Origin: Epithemia pelagica
Lineage: Eukaryota > Protista > Bacillariophyta
Reading direction: 5' to 3'
Length of the DNA stretch: 64,000 nt
Assembly: GCA_946965045.2 (NCBI GenBank)
Contig: OX337239.1
Span: 2,604,001 to 2,668,000 of the forward strand
Shown: positions 44,402 to 56,382 of the stretch, in pieces
Numbering within the stretch: position 1 is the stretch's first letter
Layout: each line of letters starts with the position of its first letter
Program-made: the position numbers and the translations under genes
The notes under the pieces: model-generated
Databases searched by the model: none
Told to the model about the DNA's origin: nothing
What the model saw: only the letters and a program-made list of their open reading frames with translations

Positions 44402-47400
44402 ATGTTGACAAAGTTTGAAAGTAAATCAGCCCGAGTCAAAGGATTGGCCTTTCATCCAGTCCGTCCTTGGGTTTGTGCTTCCCTGCACAATGGTGTTATT
44501 CAACTGTACGTAACAACAACAACACATGCATTTTTGAATGTTGTGGTTTCGGGAAGGTTTGCGATTTGTGCATGTTGAATCTGCTGAGACCTGCTGTGAG
44601 AGAAGCAGAAATTACGGCAACGGTGTAACGCTTGCTATCGACAAACCTTTCCTTCTCGCATCGGCATTGGAAGGAATTTGCGGTACATCGGCATTCTTCT
44701 TCCTTCGCTTTCTCATTTCTCACCATGGATTGAATGCTCTTGTCGTTTTCAATGTTTTACAGATGGGACTACCGTGTAGGAACAGTGATTGATCGTTTCG
44801 AGGAACACGATGGACCTGTTCGGGGAGTTGATTTTCATATGACCGAACCCTTGCTTGTGAGTGGGGGCGATGACTACAAAATCAAGGTGTGGGATTACAA
44901 GCTCCGTCGTTGTTTGTTCACGCTCTTGGGTCATTTGGATTACATCCGGACGGTACAATTTCATCCCAATACAGCACAATTTCCCTGGATCTTGAGTGCC
45001 AGTGACGATCAGACCTTAAGGTTGTGGGATTTTGCCAAGCGTACCTGTTTGTCCGTATTGACAGGTCACAATCATTATGTCATGTGTGCCGCCTTCCATC
45101 CTACCGATGATTTGATTGTTTCGGCTTCATTGGATCAAACGGTGCGTGTATGGGATGCCACTGGATTGCGCAAGAAGCAGCTCGGTGAAGGAGGCATGGC
45201 CGGTGGGCCGCCCTCCTCGGCCGACCTTCTCATGGGAGGTGCGGGAGGACAGGGGCTGCAAATGTCTTCTGGTAGCAGCGATCCCCGCCAGCGTCAACAG
45301 CAAGGTCTCAATGTTCAAGCGGAATTGTTTGGTACCAATGATGTCGTCGTCAAGTACGTGTTGGAGGGCCATGATCGCGGTGTCAATTGGGCCTGTTTCC
45401 ATCCCACCCTGCCGTTGTTGGCTTCGGCTGCCGATGATCGTCAAGTCAAACTTTGGCGAATGTCTGAAACCAAGGCATGGGAAGTTGACACATTGCGCGG
45501 ACACGCCAACAACGTAAGCTCCTGTTTGTTTCATCCCAAACATGAACTGGTCGTGAGTAACAGTGAAGATCGATCCATTCGCGTGTGGGATGTCAACAAA
45601 CGCGTGGGAGTGCAAACCTTTCGACGAGAAGGGGATCGCTTCTGGATTTTGGCTGCCCACAAGACGCAAAATTTGTTGGCCGCCGGACATGATTCTGGTA
45701 TGCTCGTGTTCAAGCTCGAGCGGGAGCGACCGGCCTCTTGCCACGGACCATCCCCTGGTATGCTTTATTATGTGCGTGGTCGAGAATTATTCTTACACGA
45801 TGCTTCGCGGAGCAGTTCCGGAGTGGATGTCCCGGTAACCAGTTTGCGTCGTATGGGAACACAAGCGCAAACAGATGGCATTGGCAGTGCTCCACGCTTC
45901 CTCACGTACAACGATCATAACCCATCCGAAGGCAACATCTTGGTTACATCGGATGTGGATGGAGGATCCTATGAACTCGTGACTTTTTCCTTGACAAATG
46001 CAAGTGGTAGTGTGACCGATGGAAAGCGGGGTACTTGTTTGGGACCTGGTGTCTTTCTGGGACGCAATCGATTTGCGGTATTGGATCGACAGCGACAAAT
46101 CGTTATCAAGAATTTACAAAATGAAACTACCAAACGCGTCCCACCTCCCATTCCCACAGTCGATGGATTGTTGGACGGCGGAGCTTCGGGTCGTATTTTG
46201 TTACGAGCGGATGACCGTGCTTTGTTGTTTGAAGTACAAAGTCGACGTGTATTGGGAGAATTGTCAGCACCCAAGATCAAGAGTGTCGTGTGGAGTCCGG
46301 ATGGAAGCAAGGTGGCCATTTTGTGCAAATATGGTGTCGTAATTGCGGACAAGCAACTTGAGCAGCTTTGTTCTATTAGTGACAATGTCCGTATCAAGAG
46401 CGGGTGCTGGGATGTCAGTCCCACTGGTGGGACGGCTTCTCAGTTGTTTATCTACACCACCCTGCATCATGTCAAGTATTGTTTGCCTACAGGCGATACG
46501 GGCACCATCCGCACCCTCGATCAGCCGATTTATGCCATGCGTGTTGTCCAAGATCAGTTGTTTGGTTTGGACCGAGAAGCACGACCTCGTACATTGCGCA
46601 TGGATGCTACCGAGGCGCGATTCAAACTGGCGTTGGCTCAAAAGAAGTATGCAAAGGTCATGCACATGGTTCAGAATTCCCGGCTTTGTGGACGGGCCAT
46701 TGTCGCCTACCTCCAATCCAAGGGTTTCCCCGAAGTTGCCTTGCATTTTGTCAAGGAACCCAAAACACGATTCCGCTTGGCCTTGGCATGCGGAAACATT
46801 GAAGCAGCCATGGAATCAGCCTTTGCGCTGGAGCAGCAGCAACAACAACAACAGCAAGAAGGTGCCACGGCCACAGTGAATCGCGATGTGTGGGGCGAGC
46901 TGGGTAGCGAAGCCTTGCGTCAAGGCAATCATCAAGTGGTGGAAATGAGCTATCAACGCACGAAAGACTTCGATCGTTTGTCCTTCTTGTACCTGATCAC
47001 TGGCGATTCCGAAAAACTCAAGAAAATGCTCAAAATTAGTCAGTTGCGGCAAGATATTATGGGGCGGTATCACAATGCTCTCCTTTTGGGAAATGCACAA
47101 GAACGAGTTCAAGTATTGGAAGAATCTGGCAATTATGCCCTTGCCTACTTGTGTGCCACTATGCATGGATTAGACGAGGATGCGGAACGTATCAAGATCA
47201 CTATGGAAACCAACAAGGTCTCTGTTGATGGCTTGTTGGAAAAATTGTCGTCGGAACCACGTCATTCGCAATGCTTGTTGCAGCCTCCTACACCGATTGT
47301 TCGATCTGAAAATTGGCCGATTCTGAATGTCCCTAAAACTACCTTGGAAGATTTGTCCTCAGCCGATCCTGGTGGCGCCGAAGATGATGAAGGTGCACAT

Positions 47401-48639
47401 ACAGCGGCAGCGGCTGGAACCGATCTTAGCAATCCGGCCGGTGTGGATGACTGGGGTGGCATGGATGATATGGAAGGCAAAGACGCAACCGGTACAGGTG
47501 TTGGAACCGGTGCGGCAGCTGCAGCGGCAGCAGACTTTGACTTTGAAGACAATGATGATCTGGGTGATTGGGGAGACGAAGACGATGATTTCGGAGATCT
47601 TGGTGATGATACAGCGGGAGCGAACGACGAAAAGGTGGACGAGATGGCCGTCATGCAACAAGTTGGAGACGATGTAGGTGATTTCACCATGCCAGTTGCC
47701 GGGCGACCACCCGCTGCATGCTGGGCCGCCAATTCCTCCCACTCGGCTGATCATATGGCTGCCGGGTTGGCGTCTTCAGCACTTCAACTGTTGCATCGAC
47801 AGATCGCAGCCAGTGATTTCAGTGTTTTGAAGCCCAATATGTTGAATTGCTACTTGGGAAGCATGACTAGTCTACCTGGAATTCCGGGTAGCCCTAGTCT
47901 TTCAATTCCGTTGCAACGTAATGATGCTGCAGGCCCACCTGGCAATGATTCATTGCCTCGTCCACCGATTCAATTGTCGAATTTAGTCACAACGTTGCGA
48001 AATGGGTACCGTTTCTTCCAGGGTGGTAAATTCAATGATTCCAAGGCTGCCTTTCTCCAGGTTCTTTGGGAAATTCCATTGGTGGTTACTGCAAACCGTG
48101 CTGAAGCGAATGAGATGAAGGAACTCGTATCCATCTGCCGTGAGTATATCACTGCGATTCGTATCAAAGCCGCCATGGCCGAAGCAGCGAACGACCCCGT
48201 CCGTGCGACAGAACTTTCGGCGTACTTCACACATTGTCAATTGCAACCAGTGCACCTGTTATTGGCTCTTCGTGCAGCCATGGGCACAGCCTTCAAGCAC
48301 AAGAACTACATTACGGCTGCTGGGTTTGCCCGTCGTTTGTTGGAGTTACCAGATGTAGCGAGTGAGAAGAATTCCGAATTGCGATCGAAGGCCACGAAAG
48401 TGTTGCAAAAGTCAGAACAGATGGCCCGCAATGAACATACGGAATTGAAATACGATGAAACAAAGACCTTTGTGTTGGATTGTCAAACACTGTTTCCTCT
48501 TTACGATAAGGATGACAAGGTCAATTGTCCCTTCTGTGGATCTGCGTATGGAAACACGGAGGCCAAGTCTAATCAATTGTGTGATACTTGTGGCTTGTCG
48601 GCGGTTGGTGTCCAAACGATTGGTTTGGTTACTGGGTGA
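44402..48639 (+). CDS. COPA: Coatomer subunit alpha (exons 44402-44505 and 44763-48639, ~1326 aa)
   Basis: [21 protein letters not shown]40 repeats ([35 protein letters not shown]), coatomer WDAD region, C-terminal AAGFARRLL and CPFCGS. Confidence 0.98.
44506..44762 (+). other. COPA intron 1 (257 bp)
   Basis: GTACGT donor and TTTACAG acceptor; removal restores IQL-WDYRVGT. Confidence 0.93.
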
Positions 48640-49502
48640 AACCACCACGTGAGCTCATTGCTTCTATGGTCGTTACCCTCTCAGAGAAAAATAAAAATAA
48701 GCATTGAAAAGAGATGGGGGTATTAGAAAGTCAGTGACTCAAGTGTAATTCATAGTCACGCTTTTAAGCAGAACAGAAATGCTTATACTCATAAAAGTGT
48801 CTACTAGCAATACGTGTGAATCGGAGGAAGTGTGACAATATGGGGGGCCATAGCACCCACAGTCACCTTGTAAAAGTAGTTTGAGTGTTCGCAAGCTGCA
48901 AGTTCGCAACTAAATCAAGCCAAGCATCAAGAGGACTTTGGAGCGTCTTTTTTTTCAGGTTTACGTTTAACATCGCCCCCACTGCCAATAATCCTGAAGT
49001 AGAAATCTCAAGTGCTGGAGATACGATAGCTCTGTAAGACGCGAACTACTCTGAGAAATCATCCTGAATAGTGAACCATTCTTCAACCAGAAAGCAGGTC
49101 GTCCATACTCAAAGGCCATGATTATTTTCCTTGGCTGTTCATTTGACTTGGAACATCATGGACAAGGCCCATCACTCCACTTACGTGGTGTGCATTGTCG
49201 ACCATGTTCTGTCGCGGCTAGAAGAACGATGCGACTGCCCTCAGACAGTCGTATCAATTTATAATGTTCTAATCGTTTGTGTCCTTGAACGGTTTCATTT
49301 AAAGTTTGCCGCTTCTTCCCAAACCCACAACGATACCAGAAGTCACCACATTTGTCATACACTTTGAAAGCATATGATTCTTTGCCTGCATCGCAACAAG
49401 CATGTTTTCCAAACCCACTTTCAACCATGAATACTTCTTTCCAAGGCCCATATGCGGGCAGTACCTGTGCAAGTGGTGGATCAATGAATTGACTTGTGTT
49501 AA

Positions 49503-49656
49503 TAAGAAAGTATGTCTGTCGTACGTATGAAAATCGAGAAGATAGGGAGTAGTGACTCTGTAACCTATATTTTAGTTCACTTCTTTGTTTGGAATGACTT
49601 TTTGTACCCGTGCACCCATGACGGTGCCCCGTATGCCCAACGGACGGGTTTTCTTA
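49503..49656 (+). repeat. Copia-2 5' LTR (TAAGAAA...TTTCTTA)
   Basis: 154/154 identical to 56229-56382; 7-bp terminal IR; followed by GTTTATCAGACCC, a possible half-tRNA-type PBS. Confidence 0.96.
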
Positions 49657-50522
49657 GTTTATCAGACCCAAACTGGTTGATAGCATGGAAGTAGACGGTC
49701 CAATGCCTGGACAGATGGCTGCGACCGTTGGCGTAATGCCCCAAGCCTATAAGGCAAACCGACAGAAATAACCCAACTGTCGGGGATCATTGGTTGACCT
49801 ATTGCACCTGTGAATGGGCTCGTGCAGGCACAATGATAATGGTACGTTACTATTGTTTGGCGCTACCGTTGTCTGCGAAAAGGTGCGCAGATTGGGGGAA
49901 TGGCGACGGTCTTCCCTACTGGATCCATCCCAGTGAACCAGATCCGCCATGGTTGCGGAATTCGAGATCGGAACGCATCCCAAAACCAGTTATATGTGTG
50001 ATTCGCATTTTACCCTGGGAAATGGTCCGGAGAATATTCCTGGGACCAGTCTTCTTGTGGATGAAATGGGGGCATGTGTCCGAAACAGCCTTCTCAACGG
50101 AAGGGGGGTACTCATTGTTGCACAGTGCTGAATTTTGGAATAAGTACAGTGTCGCATCGCAACCGTTTGGGACTTGTCTCACATTTTGCGGTTTGTTATC
50201 CCTCTGGCCGAGAGCACATGAGCTTAGCTCCATGTGAGGCCTCCCACTGCAGGACAAAATATACCTAGACGTGGTTCGGGTGTCTTGTGGAACCGACGAA
50301 AAGACTTTTCCGGGCTCCTATGTGGATCTAGCCAATTAGGGCCAAAGATCATGTGGGTTAGGTCTGGCACGACCGACTTTGAGCAACAATCAAGGATTGT
50401 GTGCAAGCCAGTAGTGGTTCTACGTAGGTAATGGATTAAAATCATGGCAAAACTCGTCTTGGAAACCTCACTTTTGAGGAAGTGTTTCAAGAAGTTAAGA
50501 GTTGATTGTTGTTTTGATTACC

Positions 50523-52031
50523 ATGGCCGCTCCAGCTGCAATGCGTCAGGCGTTTATCCGCCTCCAGTTCTCCAACCCGGCATCCCAGTACCTTGTGGAC
50601 CGCCAAGGACTCTCCTCGATCGAAGATCTCCGCGACTTGGACGACGACGGCGTCATCAATCTCTGCAAGGCCGTCCGTCGACCCGGTGGTGTCCAAGCTC
50701 CTCCTGCCGCTGCAGCAGGAGTGGCAGCTCCGCCGCCTGTCCCTAATCCAGGCTTTGAAGTTTCTATCCTAGCCGAGACGAATCTCAAGTTGGCATGTTA
50801 TTTTGTCCGCCACCGTATCCGCATCGATCGGGCCACCACGCCGAACGATTTGACGATGGCGAACATTCGCCCTATGCGAGACCTCAAAGAATATGAGACC
50901 ATGCACGATGATCCGGAAGCACCCGAGCTCGACAACCGAGATTGGCCGCGGAACATCGAGTTGATTAAGGAGTATTTCGCCGAGTGCCGAGGCACGTCCG
51001 GTATACCTTTGGCGTATGTGATACGGACGGATGAATTCCCCGGAGCTGACCCGCAAGGTGGATTTGAGTCCGACGAGGCTGAGATGATCGCACGCGCTCG
51101 TCACCGTGTTGGAAACGGACCGAACGACGGCTTTACCCGTCAGTACTTGCAGGATCGGGCCAAGGTTTGGATCCGCTTGTCCGCTATGTGTGAACGGATG
51201 GATTGTTCTACCTACATCCGCAAGGCGAGCCGAAATCGCGACGGGCGAGCGGCTTATCAAGCCTTGTTTGACCATTACTTAGGGCCGAACAACGCGAACA
51301 ATTTGGCCAACGAAGCTGAACGGAAACTTATGAACACGAGTTACAACGGTGAACATAAGCGGTTCAACTTCGAGAAATACTGTAAGATTCACGTGAATCA
51401 ACACGCGATCTTAGAAGGGTTACGCCAGCAGGGCGTACATCCTGGCATCGATGACCGTTTTAAGGTTCGGCATCTGATGGACGGAATCAAGACCGACCAA
51501 TTTCAAGCGGTGAAGACGCGAATCATGTCGGATGATTCCCTACAAGCCGATTTCACCCGTGCCGTATCCTTGTTTAAGGATTTCTTAGCACAGCGTCCAT
51601 CGGCTAGTCAGTCTCAAGTATCGAGTATCAGTACCAAGACTGATTCTAATTCTGGTAAGACTAAGTCTGGGGTGAAAGCTAGTGTCAGTGTAGAAGACCG
51701 ATATTATAAGAAAGACGAATATCAGAAGCTTTCTCACGCCCAGCGCAAGAAGTTGAAGGAAATGCGGGAGAATCGCACGGGCAAGGGCGATTCCAGCAAG
51801 CCCAAAGAGATGAAGCTCTTTTCCAAGAAGTTTCAGAGGAACATCGCTGCCCTGTCCGCTCTCGCGAAGAATTCAATGAGCTTGCCACCATTGCGCGATC
51901 CATCTCGAGCCAGCGGCAATGACTCATCGTCCGATAGTTCTGATGATGATGCCAAGCCTGCGGGAAAGCGCAAGCCCGAGTCGAATCGCGACAATCCGGC
52001 GCTAACCCGCCAGAAGAAATCACGGAAATGA
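50523..52031 (+). CDS. Copia-2 gag (~502 aa)
   Basis: IPLAYVIR, RDGRAAYQALFDHYLG, FNFEKYCKIH, FLMDGIK-like segment (RHLMDGIK), RYYKKDEY. Confidence 0.9.
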   Translation: MAAPAAMRQAFIRLQFSNPASQYLVDRQGLSSIEDLRDLDDDGVINLCKAVRRPGGVQAPPAAAAGVAAPPPVPNPGFEVSILAETNLKLACYFVRHRIRIDRATTPNDLTMANIRPMRDLKEYETMHDDPEAPELDNRDWPRNIELIKEYFAECRGTSGIPLAYVIRTDEFPGADPQGGFESDEAEMIARARHRVGNGPNDGFTRQYLQDRAKVWIRLSAMCERMDCSTYIRKASRNRDGRAAYQALFDHYLGPNNANNLANEAERKLMNTSYNGEHKRFNFEKYCKIHVNQHAILEGLRQQGVHPGIDDRFKVRHLMDGIKTDQFQAVKTRIMSDDSLQADFTRAVSLFKDFLAQRPSASQSQVSSISTKTDSNSGKTKSGVKASVSVEDRYYKKDEYQKLSHAQRKKLKEMRENRTGKGDSSKPKEMKLFSKKFQRNIAALSALAKNSMSLPPLRDPSRASGNDSSSDSSDDDAKPAGKRKPESNRDNPALTRQKKSRK

Positions 52032-52046
52032 GCGGTGGTCCGCTCA
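52029..52046 (+). promoter_or_regulatory. Hairpin containing the gag UGA stop (candidate readthrough signal)
   Basis: TGAGCGG-TGGT-CCGCTCA forms a perfect 7-bp stem; pol continues in the same frame. Confidence 0.45.
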
Positions 52047-55000
52047 GTGCGTGTCGGTGCGGTTGACACGTCCGACGAGGGCGAGTCTCGTACCGAGCTT
52101 GATAGTCACGCGGACACGTGTGTTGTTGGAAGGTCTGCGATGGTTGTACAGGACTATGGCCGCCCTGTGGATGTCAAGGGATATGATTCTTCTCAGGGCG
52201 TGGTTCACAAGAGTTGCAAGACTATAAGTGCGGCTCTAGCTTATGATTGCCCCGATACCGGTGAAGTATTGATCCTACTCGTGAACCAGGCCATTTATAT
52301 ACCATCGCTTACTCACAACCTCCTGTGCCCTATGCAGTTGTGGATGAATGACGTGCAAGTTTCGGACCAACCGAAATTCTTGACCGATAATCCCGACAAT
52401 AAGACACACGCACTGGTCCTGACAGATCAGGACGATGAAGATTTTGTGATCCCCCTGGATTTATGTGGTGTCACTTCCTATTTCCCTACAAGGACCCCCA
52501 CTTCCGATGAATACGCTTCATGTCGTCGCTTTGATTTGACTAGTCCCGACCCGCCGTGGGACCCCCAAAGTGACTCTTTCGCTCGGGATGAAATGTCGGC
52601 CCGAGCGGCCCTCCAACGATCGATTTCCACCGTTCGCTCAAGGGGACCCAATGACCCTTTCACGACTTTGCTTTCTGATTCGCGACCGTCGGAAACCGCA
52701 TGCTTTGCGACTGCTCTGCAAGCACGCGTGGCGACTCTTTCCGTAACACAAACTACCCCTTCTGGAAAAACTATCGATGCCAAGACTTTGGCACGTCGAT
52801 GGGGATGTGGATTGGAACGTGCAGCGGATACCCTTCGAGTGACGACGCAACGTGGTCTACGTACCACATTGAATCCTCTGACCAAGAGGTTCACGACGAA
52901 CGACCGGTTTCACCGATACCGGCCATTGCCTCATCCCTTATTCACGGACACTATGTTTTCGAAGGTGAAGTCTAGGCTGGGCAATACTTGTGCCCAAGTC
53001 TTCACGGCAAGGAATGGATGGACTAGAGCGTACCCTCTGGCCTCGAAAGGCGATGCACACGAAGCTTTGTCGTTGTTGCTCCAGAGGGAAGGCCGTCCAC
53101 CGGAACTAATCATGGATGGTGCCGCGGAACAGGTCAAGGGCAAGTTCAGGAAGAAGTCTAGAGAGGCTGGTTGTCGAGTGAAACAGTTGGAGCCCTATAC
53201 TCCATGGGCAAATGCGGCTGAGAGTGCAATTAGGGAGTTGAAGCGTGGTACTGGACGGAAAATGGTCTCAACTAAATCTCCTAAGGTATTGTGGGATCAT
53301 TGTCTCGAGTTGGAAGCCTATATCAGATCGGCTACATGTCATAGTAATTTCGAGCTGTCAGGTCAGGTCCCGGAAACGGCAATGTACGGGGAGACCTTCG
53401 ACATTTCACTCTTGGCTGGATATGGGTGGTACGACTGGGTTTATTACTACGACTCAGCGGCCAACTACCCGGAAGACAAGGAGAAACTGGGTAGGTACCT
53501 AGGTCCTGCGACGGACATGGGACCCGCACATGCAATTAAGATCCTAGCCGAGTCAGGAATGATCAAGATTCGCTCGACCTACCGACACCTGACGGACGAC
53601 GAAATCCGTGACCCGACTGAAATAGAGAAGAGGAAAGACTACACGAGTAAGGTCAACGAGAAGTTAGGCGGTGTAGCTAAAGTCGAAGACTACGACGGTC
53701 TAGTTGATGTGGAAACGCCGACCTACGAGGCGTATGAAGACGACGATGACCCCAAGCCACCGATTGCACCCGACATTGATGACATCACACCAGACACCTA
53801 CGACAACTACGTTGGAGCTGACGTCTTGTTGCCGAAGGGTGATGCAATGGTGACGGGCAAGGTGAAAAGACGGTCCAAGACCAGTGATGGCCGCCTCAAG
53901 GGGACGTCGTCCCACAACCCGATTCTAGACTCGAGAGTATACGTTGTCGAGTTTCCAGACGGCGAGACGTCAGAGTATGCCGCGAACGTCATCGCGGAAA
54001 ATATGTATGCGCAGTGCGATGCTGAGGGAAACCAATTCTTGCTGCTGGACAGCATCGTTGACCATCGCAAGACCAAAGCCGCTGTCGACCACGATAACCG
54101 CCATGTCGTTGTCCGAGGGCGGAAGCACAAGAAGAAGACGACGAAAGGGTGGGAGTTGTGCGTCCAGTGGCGCGACGGGTCAACGTCCTGGGAACGCCTG
54201 GCTGGACTGAAGGAATCCAATCCGATTGAAGTGGCGGAGTACGCCGTCGCAAAGCAGATTGAAAATGAGCCAGCGTTTGATTGGTGGGTGAATAAATTCC
54301 TCCGACGACGAGATCGGATACTCGCCGCCGTCAATAGCCGCTACCACAAGCGGACGCACAAGTTTGGGATCGAAATCCCCAAGACTGTTGCCGAAGCATA
54401 CGAACTTGACAGAAGGAACGGCAACGACTTGTGGCGAAAGGCCATCGAGAAAGAGATGGAAGCTGTTCGAGTGGCGTTCAAGCTGATGGAAGACGACGAG
54501 AAACCAGCTCCTGGCTTCCAGGAGATCCGATGCCACATGGTTTTCGACGTAAAAATGGAAGATTTCAGGAGAAAAGCACGGTTTGTAGCGGGCGGACACA
54601 CAACAGAGGCACCAGCAACATTGACTTATGCCAGTGTCGTATCTCGAGAAAGTGTTCGTATTGCCCTCACTATTGCCGCTCTCAATGACCTAGAGGTTAA
54701 AACGTCCGACATCAAGAATGCTTATTTAACTGCGCCGAACAGTGAGAAAATCTGGACTGTACTGGGCCCCGAGTTCGGGTCCAACGCTGGGAAGCGTGCA
54801 TATATCGTACGAGCATTGTATGGGTTAAAGAGTGCCGGTGCAAGCTTCCGCAACCACCTTGCGAGTTGTATGAGAACTCTTGGGTACGATCCGTGCTTGG
54901 GTGCTGATCGAGACTTGTGGATGAAGCCTATGACACGTCCGAGTGACGGTCACAAGTACTACGCCTATGTATTGCTGTACGTAGACGATGTCTTGGCCAT

Positions 55001-56099
55001 ATCGCATGATGCGACTGCGATGTTACACGAGTTAGATCATTTCTTCCCTATGAAGCCGGGCTCGATCGGAAATCCTGACATGTACCTTGGAGGGAAGCTT
55101 AAGCCCATGACCATGCCCAATTCCGTTGTCAGTTGGGCTATGAGTTCGAGCAAGTATGTACAAGAAGCTGTTTCGAATGTTGAGACGTACTTGGAACGCG
55201 AGTGTGGCGGCCGCAAGCTCGCAAAACGCGCGGCGACTCCGTTCCCACCAGAATATGACCCAGTTCTCGACGTGACAGATCAACTGAATGTGGACGAGGT
55301 GTCATTCTACCAGTCCCAGATTGGCGTCCTCAGATGGATGGTTGAACTGGGAAGGGTGGATATCATGACCGAAACGTCATTGTTAGCATCCCAAGTGGCA
55401 AGTCCACGACAAGGACATTTGGAAGCGGTATTCCATATGTATTCCTATTTGAAAATCAAGCACAATGCTAGGATGGCATTTGATCCGACCTATCCCGAAA
55501 TAGACCTCCGAGAATTTCGTGAAGATTGCGACTGGAAGGAGTTCTACGGCGATGTAAAGGAGGCAGTTCCACCGAATGCACCAAAGGCACGTGGTAAAGA
55601 AGTGGATCTGCGGCTGTATGTTGACTCGGATCATGCTGGTGACAAGATGGTACGGCGATCTAGAACTGGATTCTTCATCTTTATGAATATGGCACCTATT
55701 ATGTGGTATACCAAGCGACAAGCGACCATCGAAACATCCGTTTTTGGAGCTGAGTTTGTCGCAATGAAGACGGGCATGGAGGCCGTCAGGGGACTACGCT
55801 ACAAATTACGGATGATGGGAGTGCCGTTGTCTGGTCCTACATATGTTTATGGTGACAACATGTCCGTGATTCACAATACATCGAAACCGGAATCGTCGCT
55901 GAAGAAGAAGTCCAATTCTATCTGCTATCATGCAGTCAGAGAAGCTGTTGCCATGGGTGAATTGTTGACTACACATATTCCCACACAGCATAATCCAGCC
56001 GATTTGGCCACCAAGGTGATTCCAGGAGGACAGAAACGCAATCATTTGTTGGGTCTGGTCCTTTGGGATATTACTGATGATCATGGATCCCCAGAGTGA
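52032..56099 (+). CDS. Copia-2 pol (PR-IN-RT-RH), intact, no in-frame ATG at its start
   Basis: ELDSHADTC; FTDTMFSK, IMDGA, NAAESAI; SDIKNAYL, ALYGLK, YVDDVL; YVDSDHAG, GAEF, GDN, NPADLATK. Confidence 0.96.
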   Translation, partial: AVVRSVRVGAVDTSDEGESRTELDSHADTCVVGRSAMVVQDYGRPVDVKGYDSSQGVVHKSCKTISAALAYDCPDTGEVLILLVNQAIYIPSLTHNLLCPMQLWMNDVQVSDQPKFLTDNPDNKTHALVLTDQDDEDFVIPLDLCGVTSYFPTRTPTSDEYASCRRFDLTSPDPPWDPQSDSFARDEMSARAALQRSISTVRSRGPNDPFTTLLSDSRPSETACFATALQARVATLSVTQTTPSGKTIDAKTLARRWGCGLERAADTLRVTTQRGLRTTLNPLTKRFTTNDRFHRYRPLPHPLFTDTMFSKVKSRLGNTCAQVFTARNGWTRAYPLASKGDAHEALSLLLQREGRPPELIMDGAAEQVKGKFRKKSREAGCRVKQLEPYTPWANAAESAIRELKRGTGRKMVSTKSPKVLWDHCLELEAYIRSATCHSNFELSGQVPETAMYGETFDISLLAGYGWYDWVYYYDSAANYPEDKEKLGRYLGPATDMGPAHAIKILAESGMIKIRSTYRHLTDDEIRDPTEIEKRKDYTSKVNEKLGGVAKVEDYDGLVDVETPTYEAYEDDDDPKPPIAPDIDDITPDTYDNYVGADVLLPKGDAMVTGKVKRRSKTSDGRLKGTSSHNPILDSRVYVVEFPDGETSEYAANVIAENMYAQCDAEGNQFLLLDSIVDHRKTKAAVDHDNRHVVVRGRKHKKKTTKGWELCVQWRDGSTSWERLAGLKESNPIEVAEYAVAKQIENEPAFDWWVNKFLRRRDRILAAVNSRYHKRTHKFGIEIPKTVAEAYELDRRNGNDLWRKAIEKEMEAVRVAFKLMEDDEKPAPGFQEIRCHMVFDVKMEDFRRKARFVAGGHTTEAPATLTYASVVSRESVRIALTIAALNDLEVKTSDIKNAYLTAPNSEKIWTVLGPEFGSNAGKRAYIVRALYGLKSAGASFRNHLASCMRTLGYDPCLGADRDLWMKPMTRPSDGHKYYAYVLLYVDDVLAISHDATAMLHELDHFFPMKPGSIGNPDMYLGGKLKPMTMPNSVVSWAMSSSKYVQEAVSNVETYLERECGGRKLAKRAATPFPPEYDPVLDVTDQLNVDEVSFYQSQIGVLRWMVELGRVDIMTETSLLASQVASPRQGHLEAVFHMYSYLKIKHNARMAFDPTYPEIDLREFREDCDWKEFYGDVKEAVPPNAPKARGKEVDLRLYVDSDHAGDKMVRRSRTGFFIFMNMAPIMWYTKRQATIETSVFGAEFVAMKTGMEAVRGLRYKLRMMGVPLSGPTYVYGDNMSVIHNTSKPESSLKKKSNSICYHAVREAVAMGELLTTHIPTQHNPADLATKVIPGGQKRNHLLGLVLWDITDDHGSPE

Positions 56100-56228
56100 G
56101 TCCTTTCCTCATATCTACTTATGAGGTTTTGTGCAGGTCTTGAGGTTTCCTGGGCTAGTTGGCCCGAATACACTTACCACTGGGATGGCAAACAGTTCTC
56201 AAAGGAATCGAGTACTGTTTGAGGGGAC

Positions 56229-56382
56229 TAAGAAAGTATGTCTGTCGTACGTATGAAAATCGAGAAGATAGGGAGTAGTGACTCTGTAACCTATATTTTA
56301 GTTCACTTCTTTGTTTGGAATGACTTTTTGTACCCGTGCACCCATGACGGTGCCCCGTATGCCCAACGGACGGGTTTTCTTA
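56229..56382 (+). repeat. Copia-2 3' LTR
   Basis: Directly follows the PPT; identical to the 5' LTR. Confidence 0.96.

Larger units (their letters stand above)
49503..56382 (+). mobile_element. Intact Ty1/copia LTR retrotransposon (CoDi-type, 6,880 bp; Copia-2)
   Basis: Identical 154-bp LTRs, 4-bp TSD TTAA (49499-49502 and 56383-56386), PPT GAGGGGAC (56221-56228), intact gag and pol. Confidence 0.97.

Noticed and set aside
49156-49428. Kinase-like YAFKVYDK in a short minus-strand ORF
   Set aside because: No glycine-rich loop, HRD or DFG motifs in any nearby frame; likely chance.
52028-52066. AUGA stop-restart or selenocysteine decoding at the gag stop
   Set aside because: The overlapping ATG is out of frame with pol and closes after 12 codons, and I could not identify a SECIS element.
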